A DNA stretch of 64,000 nucleotides from Saccostrea echinata (Eukaryota). Where the stretch lies: positions 434,001-498,000 of the forward strand of contig NW_026889790.1 in assembly GCF_033153115.1 (NCBI RefSeq), read 5' to 3'. A program made the position numbers and the translations under genes. Below, piece after piece: positions 36,346-48,843 of this stretch (position 1 is the stretch's first letter; the number at the start of each line of letters is the position of its first letter). Below the pieces are notes generated by a model. That model was not told the origin of the DNA. It ran no database searches and saw nothing but the letters and a program-made list of their open reading frames with translations.

Positions 36346-36502
36346 CAGTTGAACTTCGCTATCTTTGAACACTGGTATCTCAAATACCATGGATATGTTG
36401 AAGTGATTTGGAAGTCCCAACCCCTTGTTCTTTAAGTATTTTACCCTGGATATCTTAAAGTTTTTCTTGTCCCACTGAGTTCGAGATAACAAGGTTTGAC
36501 TG
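36346..36502. mobile_element. Tc1/pogo MITE (family of 1023-1197)
   Basis: cagttgaacttcgctatct...gagataacaaggtttgactg. Confidence 0.85.
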
Positions 36503-36538
36503 CATGTATAGTTTGATACATAAGAACTTTAGTGTAGA

Positions 36539-36705
36539 CAGGGTTGGCTCTAAGACCCAGGGGCCGGGGAATTTCCCCGCCTATAATGATGTAATCCCCC
36601 GGTTATTTCGGTATTCCTTCTAAACTCCCCAGTAAGGGAGGAACCCCAGTTCCCCTTCTACTTTTTAAATGTCCCCTTCTATTTCAATTCTTAGGGACAA
36701 CCCTT
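36539..36705. mobile_element. MITE with 5-bp TSD
   Basis: TIR CAGGGTTGKCYCTAAG; TSD GTAGA; second copy at 48111. Confidence 0.8.
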
Positions 36706-37890
36706 GTAGAGATTCAATTTCATTTTCTTTTGTGACTTCAAAGCTATAAGACAAGTAAAAGTTGAAGCTTAACACATACAATGACATTGATCTTTAGAAT
36801 ATAAATTTAGTTTGCGGTGATGATACACTAAAGAAAGTGTTACTGTTGTATACAATATCAACTGTTTTAAGAGATATAGTCTGGATAATTCATTGTTACA
36901 GTAATATGGTAAAATTCATTCTCATTTGAGCTGTAGAGATAATTACAGTATGAAATGGAATATTATTTCTTTAACTAAATTATAATTCTGAATTATTCCA
37001 TTGCTTTACTAGCTTTGACAATTATGATGTCACCTTGAATCATCATATGATTGACATACTCAATATTAGAGCAGCTATTGTATGGAACATCATTATTTTT
37101 CAATTGTGGCTTAATGCATCATATATACATACGGACTGGACAATATTTACAACATTCTTAAAAATGATGTGGTTTTTCAGCAACTGCCACAATGACCTTG
37201 ACCTTTAAAATAATTGAAGGTCAAGCTTAAAACAGCAGCTTCCGAAGTTTAACAAATGAATTAATTCACTAATAAACAAAGGGAATTCTATATATCTCCA
37301 TCTTTTAATATCAAAGGTTTCAAGATTTCATTTTCAATTATACAACATGAAAAAAGAAAAGGCCGAAGTTCACAATACTCACCTGAGTCTCAACAATTCT
37401 AAACATTTTTTAATACATGCTAATATGCAATAAATCCAACAATTTTCTAGGGTCAAAAGGTCATATCAGTAATCCTGCCTGACCTTGACTTTTAGCTCAC
37501 TAACACCCATGAATATGAGAGCCTTGTCATATCACCTGGAGTGTTCACTGACTTACAAACAAGATATTAATAAATATCATTTACATTTTGAGAGATAAGA
37601 ACTCTAATCAAGAATGATGCCGATTGCAAAAAAGGAATGCAAGGTGTATTCAATGAATAATTACCAGGTGTATTAACTGTCATACTAGAGATGCTACTAA
37701 AAATTAGCTGAATCAGTTCAAAGACAATCCAATCACCATGAAATTCTGAAGACTTAAAATCTTTGAAACACTGAAAAATGTCTGTCAAGTTTGGTGAAAG
37801 GCCAATAAGAAAAGAACAACATCCGTGCTACATGTAGATTTCTGAATGTTTTAAAAAAAGCATCAGTAAATTTCTAATTAACATATTTTA

Positions 37891-38040
37891 TATACAATTA
37901 TTGCTGGTTTTGAGGTCAATACGATGATTTAGACACCTGAGGAATACAATATTCACGGAGCCTGAAGGGCCAGGTGAATATTGTACTTTGAAGGTGGCTA
38001 AAACATCATATTGACTGAAAAAAAACAGCAATTATAATTA
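37891..38040. mobile_element. Degenerate fold-back element
   Basis: tacaatattcac...gtgaatattgta core with extended imperfect arms. Confidence 0.6.
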
Positions 38041-40161
38041 TTTTTATTAAATGATTAAATGACACATACTCATTATACAATCTATGCCATCTTACTTCTT
38101 TACATACTATGTAGTACTAGCCAAACACAATAACGAGAGAAACAGGGTTAAAATAAATATAATCAGTTGTATTAATTTGGAATTTTAAACTCTATTTTAG
38201 GTGCAATGTAGAGAAAATAAATATAAGGAGAAAAGGGGGGGGCATCATAAGAAAGAAATTGATAACATGCCTTAAAAAATGTTACTGGCCCCCCCTCCCA
38301 AAAAAAAAGAGAATTCTCCCAACTCAAAATTTTATTTGATGGAAGTTAAAGTCCATAAACATGGGAGGGGGCTTTCATTGAACATTTTTAAAATTTTACA
38401 TTCTCAAAAAAGATGTTGAGTGGGACAGGACCCTGCAACCCCCCCAATCCTCATCCAAAACCCTATGTGCCTTAATGTTATGTTCATATGAATGGAAGTC
38501 AGGTGCAAAGTGAAATAACTTTCCAAAACTACTTGTATCAATTTGGAATTTCCCAATCTACCGGTACATTTTTAGTCTCATGTGAGAGAAATAAATCCTT
38601 ATATTCACCTGGAAGGTCACATGCAGGTGAATATAACATAGTATTTTTCTGCATTGTTAGATCTCAGACAATCAGAGAGATGGGAATTATTCAATCATAT
38701 AATAAATATGTATATAGTGAGCACTGAAGGTTACAAAATTAGAAAGAATATGTACGTATACCCTTTATCAGAGGCTCATACTCGTTATTTCACTGGTATT
38801 TCCTGTTTGCATATCCATACATTCCATCAATTTCCAAACTGAATCAAATATGGTACATAAACATTTACCAGTGACAGAAGTTGTGGTGTTTTTAAATGTA
38901 TATTCTTCTACGGAATTACCGCCATGAAACATATATACTTGTTACTTTTTAGTTGCCCTGAATCACCTACTGGAAAGATGCTCTCTTGGTAAAAACATGG
39001 ATAGAACAAATACAATTACCAGTATAGGACAGACAAGTAAGAGTAACAAGTATGGGAAATGTACAGTTTAACGCGGCTAGGATAAGGCTGTCCGTAAAAT
39101 ATCAAACTGTTCCAACTGTAGTAACTTCTCTGAACTACCTAGATATGACGTCTTAATAGCATATGACGTCAAGTCACTGCATACTTGAGCTGACATGACG
39201 GGGAAAGTGTCATAACTTATACATTCCTTTCACATGACGTAAAGATTTTTTAGCGTTGTTGTTTTGATTCAAGTGTCTGGATTGTTCTTTAAGCTTAAGT
39301 ATGCTGTTATGATGTTGAATATTTGCATTTTAATATCGTTATTCCTTTAACTTGTCCGATATACATATATTCAAACAATAACAAAAAATTGAATGTGAAA
39401 CCTCCCCTTCCACGTCCGTGGACAGAGTTAGAATTTATAAATTGTGTATATTTTTGACTGGCACAAGTGATTAATAAAAATAAATTGAAGATATTCTGTG
39501 TGAATCTACTAGAGAAGTAGGTCCTCTAACTGAATTTTGCTGGGGGATTGTATGTAATTTATCCTATTTTGACAAATTGTATAAATTGCAATAAAGAGTG
39601 GAAAATTTCCCCTTGTATGTGGGTACGTTGAATTTCTCGCGGAATATTTTCTCAGGAAGTATAATTCAGACTTGCCCCCAGCACTTTATATGTAACAAAG
39701 ATCACGATGAATTGACTTATGTAACAAACAGTTCTCAATAATGTTGTTTTGCACTTGTGCTGATGCGATTTTTGTGCAACATTTATGAATTTCTAAGTGT
39801 CCGTCACGTGATCAAAGTCATGTGACATCACAAAAATGCATTATCACAATACCTGATTACATTCTCATCACAAGTGTACTGCAAATTCATACATATATTA
39901 CAAATTGAAATTAAAATCTAGCTCAAAATAAAATGTATATTTTAATGCATATTAAGCCTTCGTACAGCCTTAACATAGCTGCGAAAGTCACTTGGTAAAA
40001 GAACTGCCCTGAAATGTTTATCATGAGACACATGTATGTACCAGGTATGTTGTGTGGATCCCAGAACTGATGCTAACAGTGACACATAAGTGTATAACAT
40101 AAGCTCTTCCAGATATATCACTAATATCATCAAGATGACAGAAACATAGGTAATCAGAGAT

Positions 40162-41270
40162 TACAGAGCTCACTTCAATGAATGTTGTCTTTAAGTAAGG
40201 CAAAGTCCCACAACTAAACTAATAATCTAGGAGTGTGCATCCCTAGATGCAACATTTATGCAATTTTGGTCTGATAGGGCTTGCAGTTACTTGGGAATAG
40301 ACTTATCTGAAAACTTAAAACTAGTCTCTTATCCAGAAAATGTAAGTGAAATCCAGCATCCGAAGCAAGTTTTGAGATTGTTCATCCCTTGATGCATCAT
40401 TCATGCAAGTTTGGTTCAGATAGGCCTTATAGTTACTTGGAAATGACATCTGTTCCAAAAACTAACCTGGTTACTCATCCGGAAAATGTAGGTCAGATCC
40501 AGCATCCGAAGCAAGTCCAGTAGTGTGAATCCTTAGATGTATCATCCATGCAAGTTTGGTCAATATAGGGTTTATAGTTACTTGGAAATGAGATATGTTC
40601 CAAAAACCTTAACCTGGTCACTCATCCAGAAAATGTAAGTCAAATTCAGCATCCGAAGCAAGTCCAGTAGTGTGCATCCTTAGATGTATCATCCATGCAA
40701 GTTTAGTCAATATAGGGCTTATAGTTACTTGGAAATGACATCTGCTCCAAAAACTTTAACCTGGTCACTCATCCCAAAAATGTAGGTCAGATCCAGCATC
40801 TAAAGCAAGTCCAGTAGTGTGCATCCTTAGATGTATCATCCATGCAAGTTTAGTCAATATAGGGCTTATAGTTACTTGGAAATGACATCTGCTCCAAAAA
40901 CTTTAACCTGGTCACTCATCCCAAAAATTTAGGTCAGATCCAGCATCCGAAGCAAGTTCAGTAGTGTGCATCCTTAGATGTATCACCCATGCAAGTTTGG
41001 TCAATATAGGGCTTATAGTTACTTGGAAATGAGACCTGCTCCAAAAACTTTAACCTGCTCCAAAAACATTAACCTGGTCATTCTTTAGCTGAATTTGCAG
41101 CATCTGAAACCTTGACTGGTACAATAAAACACACTAGAAGCATCCTCCATGCATCTCTGACTAATATAGGCCATAGAAGTACTTGAAAAGAAAACTGCTC
41201 CAAAAACCTTAACCTGGGACGCCAAGGGTATTACATAAGCTCCCCCAACTTCGTTGAGGTGAGCTAAAAA
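40162..41270 (+). mobile_element. HINE with about six 147-bp tandem monomers
   Basis: gtgtgMatcc at 40523/40670/40817/40964 (147-bp period); terminal hairpin agctcccccaacttcgttgaggtgagct plus an A-run. Confidence 0.85.
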
Positions 41271-41680
41271 GTAATAAATGCTGTTAAAATTGTCTTAAAC
41301 TAAGTGACAAGCACTAGAGAAGTCTCATAACTCTATCATGGATACACTTTTTTCTCGTATTATCACTGGTGTTAGATAGGCTTGTCCAGTGTGAGACAGC
41401 TGTGTGAGATTTTTCTGTCTTACACTGTGTTTATCTTTCCTTACCTCAAATACATGTATTTCAAGTTAAACTGTTCTTAATATAGTTAGTTATACTCTGT
41501 CTTAATTGGACACTGTGTCTGGTGAAACACACTCTACAAATGAGGTTTAAGAATCCCAGAGTTTTTGTCATATAGCAAACTATTTTTTATATGAAAGAAA
41601 AAGTGAGCAAGTTCACATAAAACTCGACAATGCAACACGTAATGAATAGCACAGTGCATTTTAAATACACAGTATAATTC

Positions 41681-43871
41681 AACAAGAGGCCCATGGGCCT
41701 TATAGGTCACCTGAGTATCCTGCAACAACTTTCCAACAATTGAATTTAGTTCATGTTTTAAACCAGAGGCCATAAAAAATTCACAATTCTGAAAGAGGCA
41801 CCATTACTAATCATAACTATACACTTAGCATGCTTACTTTGATTATTTAATACCCAGAGGCAGATCAGAGGAACAAAGAAAAATGCATTTCCACTTAAGG
41901 GTGCAACGATAAACCGTTTGACGGTATGTCGCGGTATATTTTTCCACGGTTCAATTCACGATATGTTAAACTGATATCGCGGTTCGGTTCAATCGGTCCA
42001 GAATTATCCGAATCGTCCGTTTTGTTTCCTTTTTAGCAATTTCAAAATGACTTCCGCGCAAAACGTGAGGTCGCCGATAACGCATTAACGTAAGTTAAAC
42101 TCATCTCCAGCATCTTACAGACTTCAGATTTAAGACGGAGAAGGACTTAATGTGATTATAAGTTATAGATGTTAAGACAAATGATAAACCCTTTAGATCT
42201 AAACGTATTCTTCGGTAATACACGATATTTCATCACATGTGTATTTCGATGAAAATTCACTGTCTTGTTGACTAAAACGTGTTAACACGAGAAATATGAA
42301 AACTGGTTTTCTACGTAAATAAAAGAAATAAAAGAATGAATGTCTTCCTTTTTCATTCTAATTTAAAAGGAATATTATTAGGAAAGGTCCCCGTAGTTCC
42401 CTGTAAATGTTCAACATTGGTTTAGAATATTGTCAAAACTCAAAGATCTACCTAACAATCCAATTCAAGTTAACAAAATTTTATTTTAATCATTATTAAA
42501 AAATATGAACATTTTATATAACCCTGTCAAGTTTTAAAAAATATGATGACAAACTTGAAAGACTTTTTAACCTTGTCATGTATCGTGATACGTATCGTAT
42601 CATGAACTGAATACCGTGATACGTATCATATCGTGAGGTTAGTGTATCATTGCACCCTTATTTCCACTATATAATCAGTAGTGTCCCACCCCACAGGAAC
42701 CACTGACCCTGGGGCCACATATTTCACAATTTTCGAAAAGGCACCTTTGCTCATCATAAATAATTGATTAATACCAAACAACAGATTTCAAAGCATTATT
42801 TCATTTTCAGTATATGATCATTATAGCTCCCTCCCCCATGGTACCCTTGACCAAGGGGCTATAAAATTCATCATTTTGGAAGAGGCACCATTCCTTATTA
42901 TAATTATGTATTTAGATCATCAGCATAATACCTAGGAGCAGAGGAGAAGATTTTCAAAGAATTAATGCATTTTCACTATATAATCATTAGAGCCCCACCT
43001 AACACCAGAACCCATGACCCAGGGGCCTTGAAATTCCCAATTCTTGATGAGGCACCCTTCTTCATCATAACTATGTACATAGTTTATCGGCTTAATACCC
43101 AGGAGCTGAGGAGAAGATTTTCAAAGAATTAATGCATTTTCACTATATAATCATAAGATCCCTGCCCTTACACCAGAACCCCTGACCCAGGGGCCATGAA
43201 ATTCACAGTTTTGGAAGAGGCACCATTCCTCATCACAACTATGTACATAGTTCATTGGTTTAATACCCAGGAGCAGAGGAGAAGATTTTTAAAGAATTAA
43301 TGCATTTTCACTATATAATCATTAAACCCCCACCTTAACACCAGAACCCCTGACCCAGGGGCCATGAAATTCACAATTCTTGAAGAGGCACCCTTCCTCA
43401 TCATAACTATGTACATAGTTCATTGGTTTAATACCCAGGAGCAGAGGAGAAGATTTTTTAAGAAATAATACATTTTCACTATATATTCAACAGAGACCCG
43501 CCCTAGCACCAGAACCCCTGACCCTGGGGCCATGAATTTCACAATTTTGGTAGAGGGCTCATTGCTTATTACAATCATGCCAACAGTTTGACTGCTTGAT
43601 GTCCAGGAGTAAAGAAGAAGATTTTTAAAGATTGCACTAATTTTAGTGGTTTTGGCCCCACCCCTCAGGCCCCAGGGGGGCAGGGACCATGAAATTCAAA
43701 AATTTTGTTTCTCTTCACCCATACATGCCGTATGCCAAAATTGGTTGAAATTGGTTGAGGGGTTTAAGAGAAGAAGCTGAAAATGTTGAAATGTTAACAC
43801 ACGATGGACGACGCACGGCGGACGAAAACAGATAGCAATAGGTCACCTGAGTAACTCAGGTGACCTAAAAA
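41681..43871 (+). mobile_element. HINE with 167-168 bp tandem monomers
   Basis: Start aacaagaggcccatgggcc; aggag at 42934/43101/43269/43437/43605; ACG-rich microsatellite; end hairpin taggtcacctgagtaactcaggtgaccta. Confidence 0.88.
41896..42660. mobile_element. hAT-type non-autonomous transposon nested in a HINE
   Basis: TIR TAAGGGTGCAAYGATA; 8-bp TSD TTTCCACT (41888-41895, 42661-42668); subterminal CGGT/ATCGT repeats. Confidence 0.9.
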
Positions 43872-44766
43872 GGGGCATTACTTGCAAAAAATCATCACAT
43901 CAAAACTTCTTGCATAAAAGGACATTCAAATCTTTGTATGTTACAAAATTAATTGGGCTGAAGTTTCTAGATAAATAATGGAATCAAAATTTCTTGGTAA
44001 TATACAAATCTACACATTATGTCTGAAATACCTACAAAGTTTCAGGAAATTCAGTGCAGGAGTTATGCTGACAAACTGTTATTTAAATTCCTCAGTGATT
44101 TCGATTTGTTAATGAGTGTAAGTCCATGTCCAACACATGACAATTTACACATTTAAATAATTGATGGAAACAATATTATGATGTAGTCATATCAATGGGG
44201 GGGGGGGGGGGAACTATCAAAGATTGTGTGTGTGTGTTAAATCATTAATATTTTGATCTCAAAATCAATAGGGGTCTTTTAAGGTCATAAAATATTTCAC
44301 ATAAAATTTCATTACGAAAGCTGATTCCAGTGGATTTCCTTCTTACCTAGCTTGAAAGTTCTTCAATAATAGGCAAAACTCTTAAAGCAAAAATAATGGA
44401 ATCAGAATTTCCTGGTAATATGCACATCTACACATTGTGTACTAAATATCTGCAAAGTTTGACCAAATTCTGTGCAGCGGTTTATGAGGAGTTGCGCTGA
44501 CAAATTGTTCATCTCTATATTCAAGATATGGCCACAAATCTAAGTTGAAAAGTGCTGTAATTCCCAGAAAAAATAACGGAATCAGAATTTCCTGGTAATA
44601 TGCACATCTGCACATTGTGTCCTATATAACTGCAAAGTTTGATGAAATTCTGTGCAGCAGTTTATGAGGAGTTGCGCTGACAAAAAAACAGGACTGATGG
44701 ACTGACTGACTGACGGACGAGTCAAAAACATTATACCTAATGCAACTTGCTGCGTGGGATATAATT
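43872..44766 (+). mobile_element. HINE remnant with 180-bp monomers
   Basis: atcagaatttcctggtaatatgcacatc at 44401 and 44581; GACT microsatellite; terminal hairpin. Confidence 0.7.
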
Positions 44767-45111
44767 AACCGTTTCTATAATTATGAGAAGTATATTTTCA
44801 TGCATAAAAATTGATCAAAAGCAACAAACTGAAACAAAATAAATTTTCAAAATTTCAGAGGTAACCATGTGGAGTTTTGAGGATGTATTTATATAGAGAC
44901 AGAAAGGATTTTATTGACTTCTTATTAAAAAATGTAAATGCATAAGCAAAAATAAAAAACAACCTATTTTAAATTCAATGTATGTAAAGGGGGAGGGGTA
45001 TGGTTAATTCATCTGGTCACAATCAGTGATGGCTGGGTGATGTTAGTAATATACTAAAAACTACACTGTAAATTGTTAGTACTGCTTGAACCTTCATATC
45101 AAACTACTCAC

Positions 45112-45339
45112 TTCAAAATTTTAATGTTTCTGATTGGTTTTATCCTCTGCGTGAAGGGTGTGTCCTTAAGTTGATTGACAAGTCAAAAGTTGTACTATCA
45201 GAACCTGAGTAGTGGTTTGTAACAACATGAAATTTGCTGTTGCTGATGGAAGAGTTATGGTTCTTTGTCATATGCTGCTGAGTTAGTTATCTCCCTTGAG
45301 TAGCTGTACCTATTTTGTATCATTTTCTTCGTTTTGTTG
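45112..45339 (-). other. Candidate alternative or poison exon of the SR gene (short in-frame form 45339-45310)
   Basis: tttttatcaatatctag acceptor; weak donor GTACAG at 45309; strong donor GTGAGT at 45111; in-frame TAA at 45257-45255. Confidence 0.5.
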
Positions 45340-45677
45340 CTAGATATTGATAAAAAAGTATGCAAAGGGAAAACTCTCAGCCATTAAAAAAAAATCACAC
45401 TTCTATTAGTGAAAAATTGCATTCCTCCAAATACCTTTTAAGTCCTCAGTGACTCATAAAAAAGAATCTATGAATCTGTAAACTTTTGTAAGTTTAAAGC
45501 ATTCTTCATATTGGTGTTAATTGCATGTGAAAAGCACCTAAAAGCCTGACTTCCAGATGATTGTATTCAGACATTGTATACTATATAACCTTATATAACT
45601 GCTGCAGTAATCATTGTTGGTATTTTTATAAAGCAAGAATAAATAATTTCTTAATGATTAACAAACCAAAGTCATAC

Positions 45678-45710
45678 CTCTTTTCATTTATTTTTGATTT
45701 TCCACCATTC
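45678..45710 (-). CDS. SR splicing factor exon 10
   Basis: 33 nt, phase 2-2, RNGGKSKINEK; CAG acceptor, GTATGA donor. Confidence 0.7.
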
Positions 45711-45837
45711 CTGGAAATATAGAGAAAAATTCAAAGGTTAAAGAAAATGAGTTGTCATTGAAAATTTCATATTTTATTGCAAAATATTGAGACAGATTTT
45801 ACTAGAGAGTAACCCCTGTTGTGTTTATTACACTTGC

Positions 45838-45996
45838 CTCTCTGTTTCCTTTGTGTCACCCTCTCCTCTGTCCATTCCTTGACCCTCCTCAGAATTTGTG
45901 CTCTTTGTGTCAGGTTCATGACCATTCTCAGCATCAATTGATCTCAAATTCTGCTCACTCTCATTGGCACCATCATTTTGCTGAGTCTCTGTAATG
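45838..45996 (-). CDS. SR splicing factor exon 9 (acidic, GC donor)
   Basis: 159 nt, SITETQQNDGANESEQ...DTKETE; AAG acceptor required for frame; AG|GCAAGT donor. Confidence 0.6.
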
Positions 45997-46146
45997 CTTT
46001 AGTTGACAAATGAAATTTCTGTGTTATTGCAAATCACATCATCACTACAGCACAACAGTCAATAAAGTGTTTCTATGTGAATCTTCCTCATTCATTTTAT
46101 TATTTACTCATATTTAAAAAACAAGGATTGCTTTAATCAACCTTAC

Positions 46147-46191
46147 CTCTCTTCTTGTGGCTTGTCTTTTACAGGAGACTTGGATTTTGAC
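46147..46191 (-). CDS. SR splicing factor exon 8
   Basis: 45 nt, RSKSKSPVKDKPQEE; CAG acceptor, GTAAGG donor. Confidence 0.8.
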
Positions 46192-46231
46192 CTGAAATGA
46201 TACAAAAAAGTATCCTTGTAATGTTTCTGGG

Positions 46232-46488
46232 TTCTGACCAATCAAATCATATGATTTTCTGTACATTATCTCTAGTTGGTTCGACCAATCAAATCACTGA
46301 CTGTAGTATCTCTAGCTGGTTTGATTATTCAAACCATTTACTATACGGTACATTATGTGGCTGGCTTTGACCAACAAAATGATATACTGTTCAGAATCTT
46401 TGGCAGTTTCTGACTAATGAAATCAATTGTTGTACATTTTCTTTAGCTAATTTGACAAACAAATCATTCACTGTATATCATCTCTACT
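46232..46488. repeat. Degenerate minisatellite of about 40-48 bp, about 6 units, in SR intron 7
   Basis: Units of ttYgaccaatcaaatca...ctgtacattatctctagYtgg. Confidence 0.65.
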
Positions 46489-46720
46489 CAAAAGTGAAAT
46501 AGGCTCAGGAACTCACAGGCACCTGAAAGGTTTCATACCATCGAAAAAAAGTACATGTACATGTAGTCCAAGTTTTTATTAACCAGAGTTTCCTGTCTTT
46601 TCACTCAACATAAGATTGACATACTCCTCTTTTCACAGACATCTGCATTATACATGTAACACACTGTGTATTTCTCAGGAATATATGAAAAGAGACAGTT
46701 GTTTTGGATGATATTCTTAC

Positions 46721-46810
46721 CTTTTATTATCTTTGGTATACTTCTTCTCTCCTGCGGAATCTGAGGTCTCTTCTGTTGACTGGTCTTTATTTTTCTCCTT
46801 CGTGCTGGAT
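46721..46810 (-). CDS. SR splicing factor exon 7
   Basis: 90 nt, RSSTKEKNKDQSTEETSDSAGEKKYTKDNK; CAG acceptor, GTAAGA donor. Confidence 0.8.
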
Positions 46811-46928
46811 CTGAATAATAACCAAGCCAGAGAATATTTAAAATTCTATCAAACTGTATATATATATCCTAAAAACAAATTGTGCTGATGTCTTTTCAAG
46901 AGTATCAAAAGGAAAATGTTTCACTGAC

Positions 46929-46970
46929 CTTGACCTAGATTTTGACCTTGACCTCCCTTTTCTATTAGAT
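46929..46970 (-). CDS. SR splicing factor exon 6
   Basis: 42 nt, RSNRKGRSRSKSRS; CAG acceptor, GTCAGT donor. Confidence 0.8.
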
Positions 46971-47121
46971 CTGAAGAGAGAGAAAAAAATCTTACCTAAA
47001 GTTACAAATTACTTAATATTTAAAACACTGTTATATCATTTTATCTAATTATATACAAGTTAATTTTCTTATAAATCATAACCCTTAAAGTTACAAAAAA
47101 ATTGAAAGCATGTCACAGTAC

Positions 47122-47382
47122 CTTCGATCTTTGCTTGCTGATCTTGATCTGTCCTTCTGTCTTGACCGTGAGCTAGATCTGTCCTTTTGTCTTGACCTTG
47201 ACCTAGATCTACCTCTCTTTCTTGATCTTGACCTAGATCTGTCTCTTTTTCTTGATCTTGACCCAGATCTATCTCTTCTTCTTGACCTAGACCCAGATCT
47301 GTCTCGCTTTCTTGACCTTGACCCAGATCCGTCTCTTTTTCTTGACCTTGATCTGTCTCGTTTTCTTGATCTTGACCTAGAT
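47122..47382 (-). CDS. SR splicing factor exon 5 (RS domain, 30-nt tandem repeat)
   Basis: 261 nt, RSRSRSRKRDR... repeats; TAG acceptor, GTACTG donor. Confidence 0.88.
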
Positions 47383-48110
47383 CTAAGGAAATCAAGAAAT
47401 ACAAAATTGAATCTTTTAAACATGATAAACACTGTCATATTTCTATTAATTTTAACAACTTTACATTTGGTATTCAATGAGAATGTTATCTGCTTTTTGT
47501 CTAAAGAGGAAGAAGATGAACATTTGCAGAAAGTATGTTTTTTGGGGTTTGATAGACAGGAATGAATCAACGTCTTTGAAAGTAAGATAAACATTATTAA
47601 CGGGCTTCAATGTATCACCTTCCCCAGCTCAGGCTTTTTGCTATGCTGCCTACAAACCATTGGTAGATTATGCCAATAAAACTGTGGCTGATATTGCATT
47701 TGTTTGAAGCTAAACTCTTTAAAGCAATGAAAAAAACTGCTGTAATATCATGTCTTGTAAAAAAAAAAAAAAACAACAGACAAACATTCATATATACATG
47801 TATAAGCAATTGTGACTCTCTATTTTATTTCACATACACATTCTGTCCTTGTAAAATTCCATTTTTTGCTTACAATAGAGATACCTGATTGATAAGTTTG
47901 AAAGCTGCTGGAATCTAGAGTCAATATTCAGTGCATCCAGATGGTGTTACTAAAATTATATCAGCCAGAGTTTAAGAGGTGTAATCTGCAACAGGTTTAT
48001 GGGTAGTTATAGCAGACCAAAAATTCTTGGCCTTAAAAGATGTAAGTGTACTTGATTTTTGCCAAAAAATATACCGGTACATGTATGTTCTTAATCCCAG
48101 TTTTCTAGGG

Positions 48111-48278
48111 CAGAGTTGTCCCTAAGATCCAGGGGCCGGGGAATTTCCCCGCCTATAATAACGTTATCCCCCGGCTACTCTAGTATCCCCCTCAACCCCT
48201 TGTTAGGGGAGGAATCCCAGACCCCCTTCTACTTTCTTAATGTCCCCTTCTATTTCAATTCTTATAGGGATAACCCTG
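48111..48278. mobile_element. MITE with 5-bp TSD (family of 36539-36705)
   Basis: TIR CAGRGTTRTCCCTA; TSD TAGGG. Confidence 0.82.
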
Positions 48279-48443
48279 TAGGGAATCAAAGTTTTCAGTT
48301 CTAAATATCTGCAAAGATGCAGTTAATATCCTTCTATCCCTATTAAATGATTTTCAAAACTAAAATTTGTTTACAATTCTAAGGAATTAAAACAAAGGAA
48401 ACAGTTTGACAATTAGCCTATCACACCACACATAAAATGATAC

Positions 48444-48548
48444 CTCCTGTCTTTCGATGTTGAACGTGTCTTTGAAGTTTTTCTTTTTGGTGATGGAGAT
48501 CTTCGTTGCCTTGGAGATCGTGACCTTGAGTGAGATCTTTGATATGTT
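48444..48548 (-). CDS. SR splicing factor exon 4
   Basis: 105 nt, RTYQRSHSRSRSPRQRRSPSPKRKTSKTRSTSKDR. Confidence 0.85.
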
Positions 48549-48843
48549 CTGGAAACACATTTCATTTAAATCTCATTTATAGGGAAATACAAAGCTGGTT
48601 ATTTCATTGATAAATTAATCTCAGTCAACTAAAAATTTAAAATATTAAGATTTTATTTTAAAAGAAAACTGAAAATGAAATCAAAACTTGATGGAATTTC
48701 TAGTTGAAATGGTAGGTTTTTGTTACGTATTTCAAATAGTGTTATATTGAAGAATCAACAAAATAATAAAGACCACATGGGTTAGACATCAATATTATTA
48801 AGAGCAACATATATTTGTTTTTCCACAAGTGGCTTGAAGTCAA

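Noticed and set aside
47069-47565. ORFs with LD repeats (+) and DLGQDQE repeats (-)
   Set aside because: Shadow frames of the RS-coding minisatellite.
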